Assembly: GCA_041664365.1 (NCBI GenBank)
Contig: JBAYKW010000002.1
Coordinates: 11,858-75,857, forward strand
Origin: Patescibacteria group bacterium
GTDB lineage: Bacteria; Patescibacteriota; Patescibacteriia; UM-FILTER-42-10
Length of the DNA: 64,000 bases
Direction of reading: 5' to 3'
This document shows, piece after piece, positions 1 to 7,741 of this stretch (positions are counted from its first letter, which is position 1; the number at the start of each line of letters is the position of its first letter). The translations under genes were made by a program, and so were the position numbers. The notes below the pieces were generated by a model that did no database searches, had not been told where the DNA came from, and was given only the letters and a program-made list of their open reading frames with translations.

Positions 1-391
1 CAGCTCTCGCCATTCCGGCCTGAGCACGGACTCACCTTCGTCGGAGGCAAAGCAAATGCCGACTTCGCAGTGGCTCGAACAAGTGATCGACAGCGTCGCG
101 CATACTGTCGCGGCGCGAGTGTTCGATCCGCACGACGTCCCGCTTCTGGGACCGATTGCCGTACAGATCCACCATGTGGACGGCAATATCGTCACCGGGA
201 CGATCTGCTCCGCCGAGGAGCACGCGCCGGACATCGAGACGACCGGATCGCGTTTCACGACCGATGCGGAGCTCAAAGAGATCCGCATGGCTGTGTACTT
301 CCTGGTGGTCCAGGGTGAATCCTTCGTCACCAAGACTCGCGATGGGTCCATCCTATGGACCATCGGTCTCCCCGTTCCTTCGGAAGACTAG
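1..391 (+). CDS. C-terminal part of a GC-rich hypothetical protein; the gene begins upstream of the window
   Basis: The frame is open from position 2 with no upstream stop and runs in-frame into the listed 56..391 ORF. The segment is about 60% GC, unlike the backbone, and is followed by a hairpin plus T-run. No recognisable motif. Confidence 0.35.
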   Translation, partial: SSRHSGLSTDSPSSEAKQMPTSQWLEQVIDSVAHTVAARVFDPHDVPLLGPIAVQIHHVDGNIVTGTICSAEEHAPDIETTGSRFTTDAELKEIRMAVYFLVVQGESFVTKTRDGSILWTIGLPVPSED

Positions 392-394
392 TCC

Positions 395-440
395 CCGCCA
401 ATACATCTTTTATGGATTGAGGCGGTTTTTTTATTCCATT
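395..440 (+). terminator. rho-independent terminator
   Basis: CCGCC...GGCGG hairpin followed by TTTTTTTATT. The same GGCGGTTTTTTTATTC tail recurs after the next GC-rich gene at about 1760-1777. Confidence 0.5.
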
Positions 441-470
441 GACATTTATAAATATTCTGGTACAATCGTT
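439..470 (+). promoter_or_regulatory. sigma70-like promoter (TTGACA, 16-17 nt spacer, TACAAT) upstream of the glgC-like gene
   Basis: ccaTTGACAtttataaatattctggTACAATcg read directly. AT-rich, backbone-like signal driving a GC-rich gene. Confidence 0.4.
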
Positions 471-516
471 GCTCGCCCGTTCACACTCACTTTGTCCAAG
501 ACACGGAGGTAATTGT

Positions 517-1755
517 ATGTACCATATGGTCGACACCAGCAAAGTAATCGGCGTTATTCTTGCCGGTGGCGAAGGGGAGCGTGCCTATCCACTCACCCGT
601 TTCCGGGCGAAGCCAGCCATTCCGATCGGAGGTGTGTTCCGTCTCGCAGATGTGATGATCTCGAACTTCCTGAACAGCGACATCCGCAAGCTATACCTGA
701 TTGTGCAGAAGCGTCCGCACTCTCTGATGGTACACCTGGAGGGGTTCGTGGATGCCGTCGCTTCGATGCGTGGGCAGTTCATCCGGTGCCTGCCACCGCC
801 CAAGGAGCAGGATCGCTTCTACGCTTCGGACCTCGATTCCCTGCGTCATCATTCGCTGATCTGGCAGAATGATGATTCTGAGCTCGTGGTTCTGGCGATG
901 GGTGATCAGGTGGCGAAGATTGATCTGCGTCAAGCGATTATCCGTTTCAAAGAGACGGATGCTGATGTGGTGATGGTCTACAACCGGGTGACAACCCAGC
1001 AAGCAGCCGGGCGACTGGGCGTGATCACCTGTGATGGTGATCTGGTGACCGGTATGGAAGAGAAGCCGGAAGTTCCGGAAGAGATTCCGGGTGATCCGGG
1101 TTACTGCCGGGGCAACGTCGCGCTGTACGTCTTCAAGAAAGACCTTTTCACTGCAATGCTGACCAAGGCCAGTCGCCGGTGGGATCCCGCTCTGACGCTG
1201 AGCAAGATCGGTGTTCCCTGGTTGGTCCGGCATGCGCGAGTTGTGACCTACGATCTGGGTGACAACACCATCGCCGGGATGCATCCCTGCGAGCGCGCGA
1301 CGTTCTTCGAAGTCGGAACGCCGGACGACTACTTCGACACGCAGATGGCGTTTTGCATGCGCGAACCGCCGTTCAACTTTTACAACCCCGCGTGGCCGGT
1401 CTGGACCGCCCTGCGCTATCCGCTCATTCCGGCCAAAGTGGACCGGGTGAAGATGGAGGAAGTACTCCTCGCTCCGAACGTCGTCGTTCAGGATAACACG
1501 GAGATCACCCGCTCGGTTGTGAGCTACGGCGCGGTCGTCGGCAGTGGTAGTGTTCTGCAGAATGTCGTCATTCTGGACGGTGCGGTCGTCGGCAAGGGTT
1601 GTCAGATTACCAATACGGTAATCGAGAAGGGGATCGTCGTGCCGGATGGTACAATAATCGGTCCTGATCGGATCCCCGACGACAAGTCCATCGTTCTTTC
1701 ACAGAAGGGGAGGCTGTTCCTTCCCAAGTTCTTCGAGTTCAAGCGGCCGTCATAA
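517..1755 (+). CDS. glgC: glucose-1-phosphate adenylyltransferase-like sugar nucleotidyltransferase (GlgC family) with a C-terminal left-handed beta-helix
   Basis: N-terminus VIGVILAGGEGERAYPLTRFRAKPAIPIGGVFRLADVMISNFLNSDIRKLYLIVQKRPHSL matches the GlgC signature (ILAGGxGxRLxPLTxxRAKPAVPFGGxYRIIDFxLSNCxNSGI...VLTQYxSxSL). The C-terminal hexapeptide-repeat region (VVGSGSVLQNVVILDGAVVGKGCQI) fits the LbH domain. GGAGGT RBS 6 nt before the ATG at 517; the TTG at 439 is less likely as start. About 60% GC. Confidence 0.65.
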   Translation: MYHMVDTSKVIGVILAGGEGERAYPLTRFRAKPAIPIGGVFRLADVMISNFLNSDIRKLYLIVQKRPHSLMVHLEGFVDAVASMRGQFIRCLPPPKEQDRFYASDLDSLRHHSLIWQNDDSELVVLAMGDQVAKIDLRQAIIRFKETDADVVMVYNRVTTQQAAGRLGVITCDGDLVTGMEEKPEVPEEIPGDPGYCRGNVALYVFKKDLFTAMLTKASRRWDPALTLSKIGVPWLVRHARVVTYDLGDNTIAGMHPCERATFFEVGTPDDYFDTQMAFCMREPPFNFYNPAWPVWTALRYPLIPAKVDRVKMEEVLLAPNVVVQDNTEITRSVVSYGAVVGSGSVLQNVVILDGAVVGKGCQITNTVIEKGIVVPDGTIIGPDRIPDDKSIVLSQKGRLFLPKFFEFKRPS

Positions 1756-1851
1756 TCAAATGGCGGTTTTTTTATTCATAAAAAATTTTATTGTGGATAA
1801 CTGTAATATTTATTAATAATTGATGATAAAAAAACTGTAATCTTAGCAGGT

Positions 1852-1880
1852 TTGACCGGTTTTTTAAAATATGGTAATAT
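1852..1880 (+). promoter_or_regulatory. sigma70-like promoter (TTGACC, 17 nt spacer, TAATAT) reading into the C/T-rich tract
   Basis: tttgaccggttttttaaaatatggtaatat read directly, with consensus-like spacing. Confidence 0.4.
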
Positions 1881-2035
1881 TGAATCCAACAAGAGCTGAG
1901 TTAGTTATTTGAAAAGAGAATATCGGGAAAGGAAACCGTGGTCTTTGGGGAGCGATCTTTGCCTTCATTGATTTGAAGTCAAAGACTGCCCCCCAACCAC
2001 CCAACCTCCTTCATGAGTCGGAACATCACATGTTC

Positions 2036-2184
2036 CACACCCCCCGCCTTCCCCCCCCACCCCCCAACCCCGCCCTCCTCACCCCTCCTGCCTTCACTCT
2101 TCCTCTCTTCCTCCTACCCTCTCCTCGCTCCTTCTCTACTCATCCCACCATCCATTCTCTTTTCACCCATCTCATTTCAGATGA
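2036..2184 (+). repeat. C/T-rich, G-depleted low-complexity tract of about 150 nt (top strand is almost only C and T, with sparse A)
   Basis: ccccccccaccccccaaccccgccctcctcacccctcctgccttcactcttcctctcttcctcctaccctctcctcgctccttctctact... read directly. It contains many CCTCC/CCTCCT motifs. Confidence 0.85.
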
Positions 2185-2266
2185 AATAGCTATTTTTTTT
2201 CAGCTCTTTTGTCGTATATGGAGAAAACAATCATTTCAGTCAGTTTAAACCCTATTAGTGCAATGC

Positions 2267-2294
2267 TTGACATCTCCTATAAATATGATATATT
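2267..2294 (+). promoter_or_regulatory. sigma70-like promoter (TTGACA, 16 nt spacer, TATATT) for the trpR-like gene
   Basis: gcTTGACAtctcctataaatatgaTATATTgacc read directly. Confidence 0.4.
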
Positions 2295-2336
2295 GACCTG
2301 TGCGCTTTGCTTTAGCCTAATAAAGCATGAATTTAA

Positions 2337-2666
2337 ATGGAAATGAACAAAAAGAACAGCAAGAAAACTGAAGAATTATACCAGGCCATGCTTTCCTTAA
2401 AAAACACCAAGGAAGCCGTGGATTTTTTTCGTGATTTGCTGACGGAAAAAGAAATTATTGAATTAGGCAACCGCTGGCGTGCCGCTCGGATGCTCAATCA
2501 GAATATTCCATACAGCAAGATCATTGAAGATACCGGACTGAGCTCAACTACAATTGCCCGGACTTCAAAATGGTTGAAAAAAAGCAAAGGTGGTTTTAGA
2601 CTTATTCTCCAAAGAATTAATACCCATCGACACAACTCTTCCGTTCCTGAGAAAGGGTTGTTTTGA
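2337..2666 (+). CDS. TrpR-like / YerC-YecD family small DNA-binding protein
   Basis: 109 aa. ELGNRWRAARMLNQNIPYSKIIEDTGLSSTTIARTSKWLK matches the Trp-repressor-like HTH fold of the YerC/YecD family. Backbone GC. Confidence 0.6.
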   Translation: MEMNKKNSKKTEELYQAMLSLKNTKEAVDFFRDLLTEKEIIELGNRWRAARMLNQNIPYSKIIEDTGLSSTTIARTSKWLKKSKGGFRLILQRINTHRHNSSVPEKGLF

Positions 2667-2687
2667 TATAGCAGAAAATATATAAAG

Positions 2688-2724
2688 CCAGCCCCTTCTC
2701 ACGGAGAGAAGGGGCTTTTGATTT
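2688..2724 (+). terminator. rho-independent terminator
   Basis: AGCCCCTTCTC-acgg-AGAGAAGGGGCT followed by TTTTGATTT. Confidence 0.6.
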
Positions 2725-2811
2725 ATCGAAAGCCTTCAGCTTGAGAGACTTTTGATTTCCCAAAAGTTAAAGCTTAAGCTGAATTGTTCATTCACAGTTC
2801 GGAGGTTTGTC

Positions 2812-3888
2812 ATGAAGACGTACCGACCCTGCGCCGGCGCGATTCCCGAGTCGATTGATACCCGCTACCAGGAGGCGCTGCAGACCAAAGGACTTCGGTA
2901 TGGCATTATCGAAGTCACCACCCGTTGTCAGTGTGCCTGTCCGGGGTGCTATATGGTGCGCCGCAATTTCTTGAACAAAAAGGAGATGTCCCTGTCAGAT
3001 GCAATCCGGATTCTGGATTTGTGCCGTGATTACCGCGGCGCGGAACTGGAAACGATGGACCTCTTAGGCGGGGAGCCGCTGTTGTGGCCGCACCTGCAGG
3101 AGTTCATTGAGGAGCTGCTGCGCCGCGGGATTCTGCCTTGGGTTTTCACCAACATGCTGGCGATCACGCCCGAGCTCGCGCGGTGGTTGCATGAGCACAA
3201 GGTGCATGTTACCGGCAAGCTGAACATCGATCCTTCCGATCCCGCGCAGTATCCGCTGCAGGCGGAGATGCTGGGTCGGGGGATGAATGTGGTGCGGCAA
3301 CTGCTTTCCGCGATCCGGATTTTTCAGGCGGCCGGGTATGAGGACCCACTGTTCCGTTTGCAGAACCTGATCCGCAAACAGAACCTGGAATTTGTGCCGG
3401 GTTACTACAGTTGGTGCCTTGCACAGAAGATCGGCACGGATCTGGAACTGATGGGTTCCGGCGAGCCGATCGGTCCTGACTACTGGCGGATTGCCCCTAA
3501 CCCTAAACAGCTGGCGGGTATGATCCGCAAGATCCAGGCGGTCCGCAAGGAATTCGGCCTGGCGGAAGCCGAGGTACTGATGCCGCACGTGTTCGGCTCC
3601 TGTCCTTTCTACGACAAGGGTCTTTACTTCGCGGCGGACGGGCACATCCGCGCCTGCTCCAACTCTACGGTCCAGCTTTCACAAACCGCCGATCCGGATC
3701 CGATCCGGAAAGCCTATGAGTCACCGCTGATCTGTAGCCGTCTAATGCTTTCGCAGAGTGCGGTTGGGGAACCCTGTGGCAGCTGCAGTAAGTGGGACAA
3801 GTGCCGTGGCGGATGCCGGGCGACGGTGGAAGGTACCGGCGATCCTTTCGGCGGGTACCCGCTATGCCCGGTGCCTTTTCTGGACTGA
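2812..3888 (+). CDS. radical SAM enzyme with a C-terminal SPASM domain (peptide- or protein-modifying maturase family)
   Basis: CX3CX2C cluster motif TTRCQCACPGCY near the N-terminus. C-terminal CGSCSKWDKCRGGC is a Cx2Cx5Cx3C SPASM signature, and there are additional upstream Cys. GGAGG RBS 7 nt before the ATG at 2812. About 60% GC. Confidence 0.7.
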   Translation: MKTYRPCAGAIPESIDTRYQEALQTKGLRYGIIEVTTRCQCACPGCYMVRRNFLNKKEMSLSDAIRILDLCRDYRGAELETMDLLGGEPLLWPHLQEFIEELLRRGILPWVFTNMLAITPELARWLHEHKVHVTGKLNIDPSDPAQYPLQAEMLGRGMNVVRQLLSAIRIFQAAGYEDPLFRLQNLIRKQNLEFVPGYYSWCLAQKIGTDLELMGSGEPIGPDYWRIAPNPKQLAGMIRKIQAVRKEFGLAEAEVLMPHVFGSCPFYDKGLYFAADGHIRACSNSTVQLSQTADPDPIRKAYESPLICSRLMLSQSAVGEPCGSCSKWDKCRGGCRATVEGTGDPFGGYPLCPVPFLD

Positions 3889-3959
3889 CCTTGTGACAAA
3901 AGGTTGGGGCGGAGATTAATTTCTTCGCTCCAACCGCTTTATTTTTTAAATTTAAAGAT

Positions 3960-4415
3960 ATGAGAAAAGATATTCTAAAAATTGCCAATATTAAATTCAA
4001 AGAACTGTCAAAAAAGTACGACGGATTTATCAATGTGGTTATTGATGATTGGCGGGGTTTTCGTTTTGTTTTTGACACGGAAGATGTCCGCAAATGTAAA
4101 AACGACTGCCAGAATTGCCCGTTATTTAAATTACTAAAAGATGAAAAATCAGGATTATTCTCCACAGGATTATACCGGGCAACTAAAGAAGATAAATTAC
4201 TTTTCGGTCCGCAAAATTTTTTAAACTGTAAAACCATTATGCAATATCAAACATGCTATTTGAATTTTTTACAGCAATGCCGGTCGGAGGCTGAAATTAA
4301 GCAGGAATTAGCATTGGTTAAATCAATGAAATTAATTTATTCCAAAGGAAATATTAAAAAAACGGAAGATTTGTTTAAAAAAGAAATATTGTCCAAATAT
4401 CTTGATTTTTTATAG
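3960..4415 (+). CDS. hypothetical 151-aa protein carrying a CX3CX2C motif (CKNDCQNC); possible truncated radical-SAM-like remnant
   Basis: Backbone-type, Lys-rich composition. The motif VRKCKNDCQNCPLF is read directly. Too short for a full radical SAM core. Confidence 0.4.
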   Translation: MRKDILKIANIKFKELSKKYDGFINVVIDDWRGFRFVFDTEDVRKCKNDCQNCPLFKLLKDEKSGLFSTGLYRATKEDKLLFGPQNFLNCKTIMQYQTCYLNFLQQCRSEAEIKQELALVKSMKLIYSKGNIKKTEDLFKKEILSKYLDFL

Positions 4416-4477
4416 GGTATTTGTTAAGGTAAATGACCGTTTTAGCTGTTCACTTTAGGCACGAGGAGGTATACATC

Positions 4478-5836
4478 GTGATCATCAAGCGTTACGCACT
4501 GCTTCCGATGCGAGAACTTTGGCTCCGGGAAGAGAGCAAGTTCGAGCACTGGCTGGATGTTGAGCTAGCGGTTCTGCGCGCACGCGAACATTTGGGGATG
4601 GCACCTAAAGGTGCGTATATGAGCGTCCTCAAGCATGCTGCGTTCACTGTGGACAGGATCGCGGAGATCGAGGCGGAAGTGGATCACGACCTGATCGCTT
4701 TCGTCACCAACGTCCGCGAGTCGCTCGAAGCGGCCGGTATCGGCCATTTGTGTTCGGAAATCCATAAGGAGATTACGAGCTACGACGTGGAGGATCCGGC
4801 GCTGATTCTGATGCTCCGCAAGGCGGTCCATCTGGACATCAACGCGCTGAGATCGCTGGAACAGTCCTTACGGAGGAAGGCGCAGGAACACCAGTGGACC
4901 TGGATGATCATGCGCACGCACGGACAGTTCGCCGAACCTTCCACCTTCGGCCATCTTCTGCTGGTGTTTGCCGAAGAAATCCGGCGATGCATCGTCAAGC
5001 TCGAGACTCCGATGAACACTGATCTGTCCGAGGGGAAGATCTCCGGCGCGGTCGGCAGTTTCGCCGGCATTAGGCCAGCCGTGGAGCAGATTGCGCTGGA
5101 AGTGCTGGGTTTGATGCCTGCCAAGGCGGAAACCCAGATCCTACAGCGTGACCGTCACGCTGCGCTACTCTGCACGTTGGCAGTCTGCGGAGGAGTGATC
5201 GAGCAGATCGCAAAGACCTTCTGGGTGATGATGCGCAGCGAGGTGCGCGAACTCCGTGAACCGCGCAAGCCGAAGCAGAAGGGTTCCTCGGCGATGCCGG
5301 GCAAGCGCAATCCGATCCTGACGGAACGGCTCATGGGCATGTCCCGTCTGCTCCGTGCGGATGCAATGTGTGCGCTGGAGAACATCGCCACTTTCGAGGG
5401 ACGGGAAATCTCCCAGTCCAGTGTGGAACGCCACATCTTCGCGCGGTCAACGACGCTCGTTCACTACATGGCCATTAAGCTGGCCGGAATGGTGGACAGT
5501 CTCGAAGTTTTTCCGGAGCAGATGCTTCATAACCTGAAGGAGGAGTCACTCGGAGTGTGGGCCGGACAGCGGGTCCGTCATGCACTGGAGGAGGCGGGGA
5601 CTCACCACGAAGTGGCCTACCGCTACATTCAGGCGTGTTCGTTCCAGGCCGAGGCCGAACGGACGCATCTGCGAGACGTACTGCGCAGAACGTTGATTTG
5701 GGATGTTGTGGAAGACAGCGATGACGATCGTAGCGCCGAGGATCGGCTGGGTCGGAATGGTCTCAGGGCATGCTTCGACCACGAAGCCTATGCCACGGCC
5801 GGCATCGAACACATCTTCTCCCGCCAGACGGCGTAG
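4478..5836 (+). CDS. purB: adenylosuccinate lyase-like enzyme (fumarate-lyase superfamily, PurB-type)
   Basis: N-terminus VIIKRYALLPMRELWLREESKFEHWLDVELAVLRA parallels the PurB N-terminus (MIERYxxPEMxxIW..E.KFxxWL.VE). Fumarate-lyase signature GSSAMPGKRNP. GAGGAGG RBS before the GTG at 4478; the ATG at 4433 is an alternative start. About 60% GC. Confidence 0.65.
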   Translation: MIIKRYALLPMRELWLREESKFEHWLDVELAVLRAREHLGMAPKGAYMSVLKHAAFTVDRIAEIEAEVDHDLIAFVTNVRESLEAAGIGHLCSEIHKEITSYDVEDPALILMLRKAVHLDINALRSLEQSLRRKAQEHQWTWMIMRTHGQFAEPSTFGHLLLVFAEEIRRCIVKLETPMNTDLSEGKISGAVGSFAGIRPAVEQIALEVLGLMPAKAETQILQRDRHAALLCTLAVCGGVIEQIAKTFWVMMRSEVRELREPRKPKQKGSSAMPGKRNPILTERLMGMSRLLRADAMCALENIATFEGREISQSSVERHIFARSTTLVHYMAIKLAGMVDSLEVFPEQMLHNLKEESLGVWAGQRVRHALEEAGTHHEVAYRYIQACSFQAEAERTHLRDVLRRTLIWDVVEDSDDDRSAEDRLGRNGLRACFDHEAYATAGIEHIFSRQTA

Positions 5837-5904
5837 TTTGCACATTTCTTGGGTTCCGGGATCTGATCACAGATCTTAATGGGCCCTTTTTTATTTGGTT
5901 GAGT

Positions 5905-5990
5905 TGAGGGGATAGGGTTTTCCGCCTGAGGCGGATCAGCCTTGGGCTGAAGGGGATAGGGGTTAGGGGATAGGGTTTGGAAACTAGCAA
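5905..5990 (+). repeat. G-rich telomere-like repeat block (GGGGATAGGG / TTAGGGG units) with an internal CCGCC-tga-GGCGG hairpin
   Basis: tgaggggatagggttttccgcctgaggcggatcagccttgggctgaaggggataggggttaggggatagggtttgg read directly. A related block lies at 30273-30317. Confidence 0.8.
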
Positions 5991-6189
5991 TTGGTAATCT
6001 CTAATTCTAAACTCTTTATTCTTAAAATAGGCTAAAGCTTTTTTCTACAACCAAACGTGTAACGTCGCTTATTTTCAGCCGATAAATATAAACGAGTATT
6101 GTATCGTTCCGTGTTTTATTTTATTAGGATTTTTTGGCTAATTATAAGTAGACTTTTTAATCTTCAAGAAAGGTGTATAATATAAATCC

Positions 6190-7707
6190 ATGAAAAAAAT
6201 TGTTTTCATTATTCTAATTTTAAATTTTCTGATTACACCGCTCTTAGCCAGTGCGGCTGATCCCTGGGTGGCGACCAATGACCGGATCGGACTGAATGTC
6301 CACTGGGCATTGGGTGGTTTTGGCAAGGATGATTTATACCAACTGCGTTTGCATCAGAGCAGAACAACCTGGGTGCGAGAGCATTTTTATACTGAAGTGT
6401 TTATGGGGGAAAATCCTGAGGCTTGGTTTGAGCGTTACGACCTAATTCTGGAAAAATATCATCGGGAAGGGATAAAAGTTCTGGGCATGCTGGCATACAA
6501 TGTTAAACACGGGGATTTTTACCAGCCCGACCTTGCAGTGTGGGAAGAATTTGTCCGGACAGTTGTGAACCGCTACAAAGACAGGGTAGATGCGTGGGAA
6601 ATCTGGAATGAACCAGATTCGCCGACTTACCTTACCCCGCATAACCCGGAAACCTACGGACCAATTTTAGAAACTGCTTATCGAACCATCAAAAATATTG
6701 ACACCGAAGAGTTAGTCTTGACCGGCGGTTTGAGTTGGTTCAACTGGTATTTTGCCGAAAGACTTTTTAAAGATTATGGAGACTACTTTGATCGTTTAGC
6801 AGTTCATGGCTATTACTGCGAAAACCGGGATAATTCGAAAATGATGTCCGATCTGGCAGCGCTCAGAAGCGTGGTGGGTAAATACCGGCCGGGTGAGCAG
6901 ATTTGGATTACTGAGCTTGGCTGTTCCACCGGATCAATCGGAATCACTGAACAGGATCAGGTTGAATATTTGGATAATGCCACTAAAGAATTATTAGAAA
7001 CCACTTTTGTTGATAAAATTTTTCTTTATAATATCCGTAACCGGGAAATTGGTGATTTATATGAAGACAGCTTCGGACTTTTAGGTTTGGATATGCAGCC
7101 GAGGCTTGCCTGGTCGTGGTATCGCTCGCTTCCTTTCGGCCCGTATGATCAGAAAAGGATCTCTTTCAAACGGGAACAGAAGCGCGCTACCGAATTAAAA
7201 ACTGTTTTGGAAAAATTTTTTGGTAAAGATAAAATTCCGGTTACACAAGAAAACTGGAACAAGTTGGTTAATGCACATATTTATGGCGGTTATCCGGTGA
7301 TTGCCATAGTCCAGTCATTGCGTTTTGGTGGAAAAACGGTTCATCCGGAAATAAGTTATGACGATTGGAAAAAAAGTAAAACTTATAAAAAATATATCAA
7401 AAAGGATTTAGTGAACGGACGATTTGTCTTTGCATATGGTATGGCACGATTGCCAATCGAAACCGAACAGCAGAAGGCAACAGAATTGAAACAAAAACTT
7501 CAGACTCAATTTGGTTTGGAGAATTTAAGAATTAATGACGCGAACTGGGTAAAACTGTTTAACGCTTATGCTTACGGCGGGTATCCGGTGGAAGCAATCG
7601 CGCGTGCAGTGATTTATGGCGGTAAGACAGTGCACACAACTATTCCATGGAAATTCTGGAAAGAACGGTCTGAGTATTTGGAATATATGCAAAAACCGGT
7701 AAAATAA
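6190..7707 (+). CDS. secreted clan GH-A glycoside hydrolase-like protein with two tandem C-terminal repeats of about 100 aa
   Basis: Signal peptide MKKIVFIILILNFLITPLLASAA. WEIWNEPD (acid/base Glu) and WITELGCS (nucleophile Glu) motifs fit GH5/GH39-type enzymes. Repeated TELK..F.G..KIPVTQENWNKLVNAHIYGGYPV modules at the C-terminus. Confidence 0.55.
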   Translation: MKKIVFIILILNFLITPLLASAADPWVATNDRIGLNVHWALGGFGKDDLYQLRLHQSRTTWVREHFYTEVFMGENPEAWFERYDLILEKYHREGIKVLGMLAYNVKHGDFYQPDLAVWEEFVRTVVNRYKDRVDAWEIWNEPDSPTYLTPHNPETYGPILETAYRTIKNIDTEELVLTGGLSWFNWYFAERLFKDYGDYFDRLAVHGYYCENRDNSKMMSDLAALRSVVGKYRPGEQIWITELGCSTGSIGITEQDQVEYLDNATKELLETTFVDKIFLYNIRNREIGDLYEDSFGLLGLDMQPRLAWSWYRSLPFGPYDQKRISFKREQKRATELKTVLEKFFGKDKIPVTQENWNKLVNAHIYGGYPVIAIVQSLRFGGKTVHPEISYDDWKKSKTYKKYIKKDLVNGRFVFAYGMARLPIETEQQKATELKQKLQTQFGLENLRINDANWVKLFNAYAYGGYPVEAIARAVIYGGKTVHTTIPWKFWKERSEYLEYMQKPVK

Positions 7708-7720
7708 CGCAATAAAAAAA

Positions 7721-7741
7721 GGGGGTTTTTAAACTACCCCC
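7721..7741. terminator. hairpin terminator candidate (GGGGGT...ACCCCC), with a T-run on the minus-strand side
   Basis: aaaaaaagggggtttttaaactaccccc. On the minus strand the hairpin is followed by TTTTTTT, so it terminates the 7734..8060 minus gene and may act bidirectionally. Confidence 0.45.

Noticed and set aside
439-516. Upstream TTG start of the glgC-like ORF, which would add 26 residues
   Set aside because: The ATG at 517 is preceded by a GGAGGT Shine-Dalgarno at the ideal spacing and matches the expected GlgC N-terminus. The extension overlaps the promoter.
691-1284. 197-aa minus-strand ORF antisense to the glgC-like gene. Similar long antisense ORFs occur at 3064-3645, 4780-5124, 25226-25669, 31605-32342, 33644-34750 and 46062-46514
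   Set aside because: These are shadow ORFs typical of GC-rich coding DNA. They have no RBS or motifs, and the sense-strand genes carry clear family signatures and operon spacing.
1973-2248. 91-aa proline-rich ORF (PPPPPNPALLTPPAFTLPLFLLPSP...) over the C/T-rich tract
   Set aside because: A strand almost devoid of A and G cannot contain stop codons, so an open frame here is a compositional artefact. There is no convincing RBS, and the peptide is low-complexity throughout.
7721-7741. Terminator for the plus-strand glycosidase gene
   Set aside because: On the plus strand the hairpin is not followed by a T-run. The T-run is on the minus-strand side, so it is assigned primarily to the 7734-8060 minus gene and called bidirectional only tentatively.
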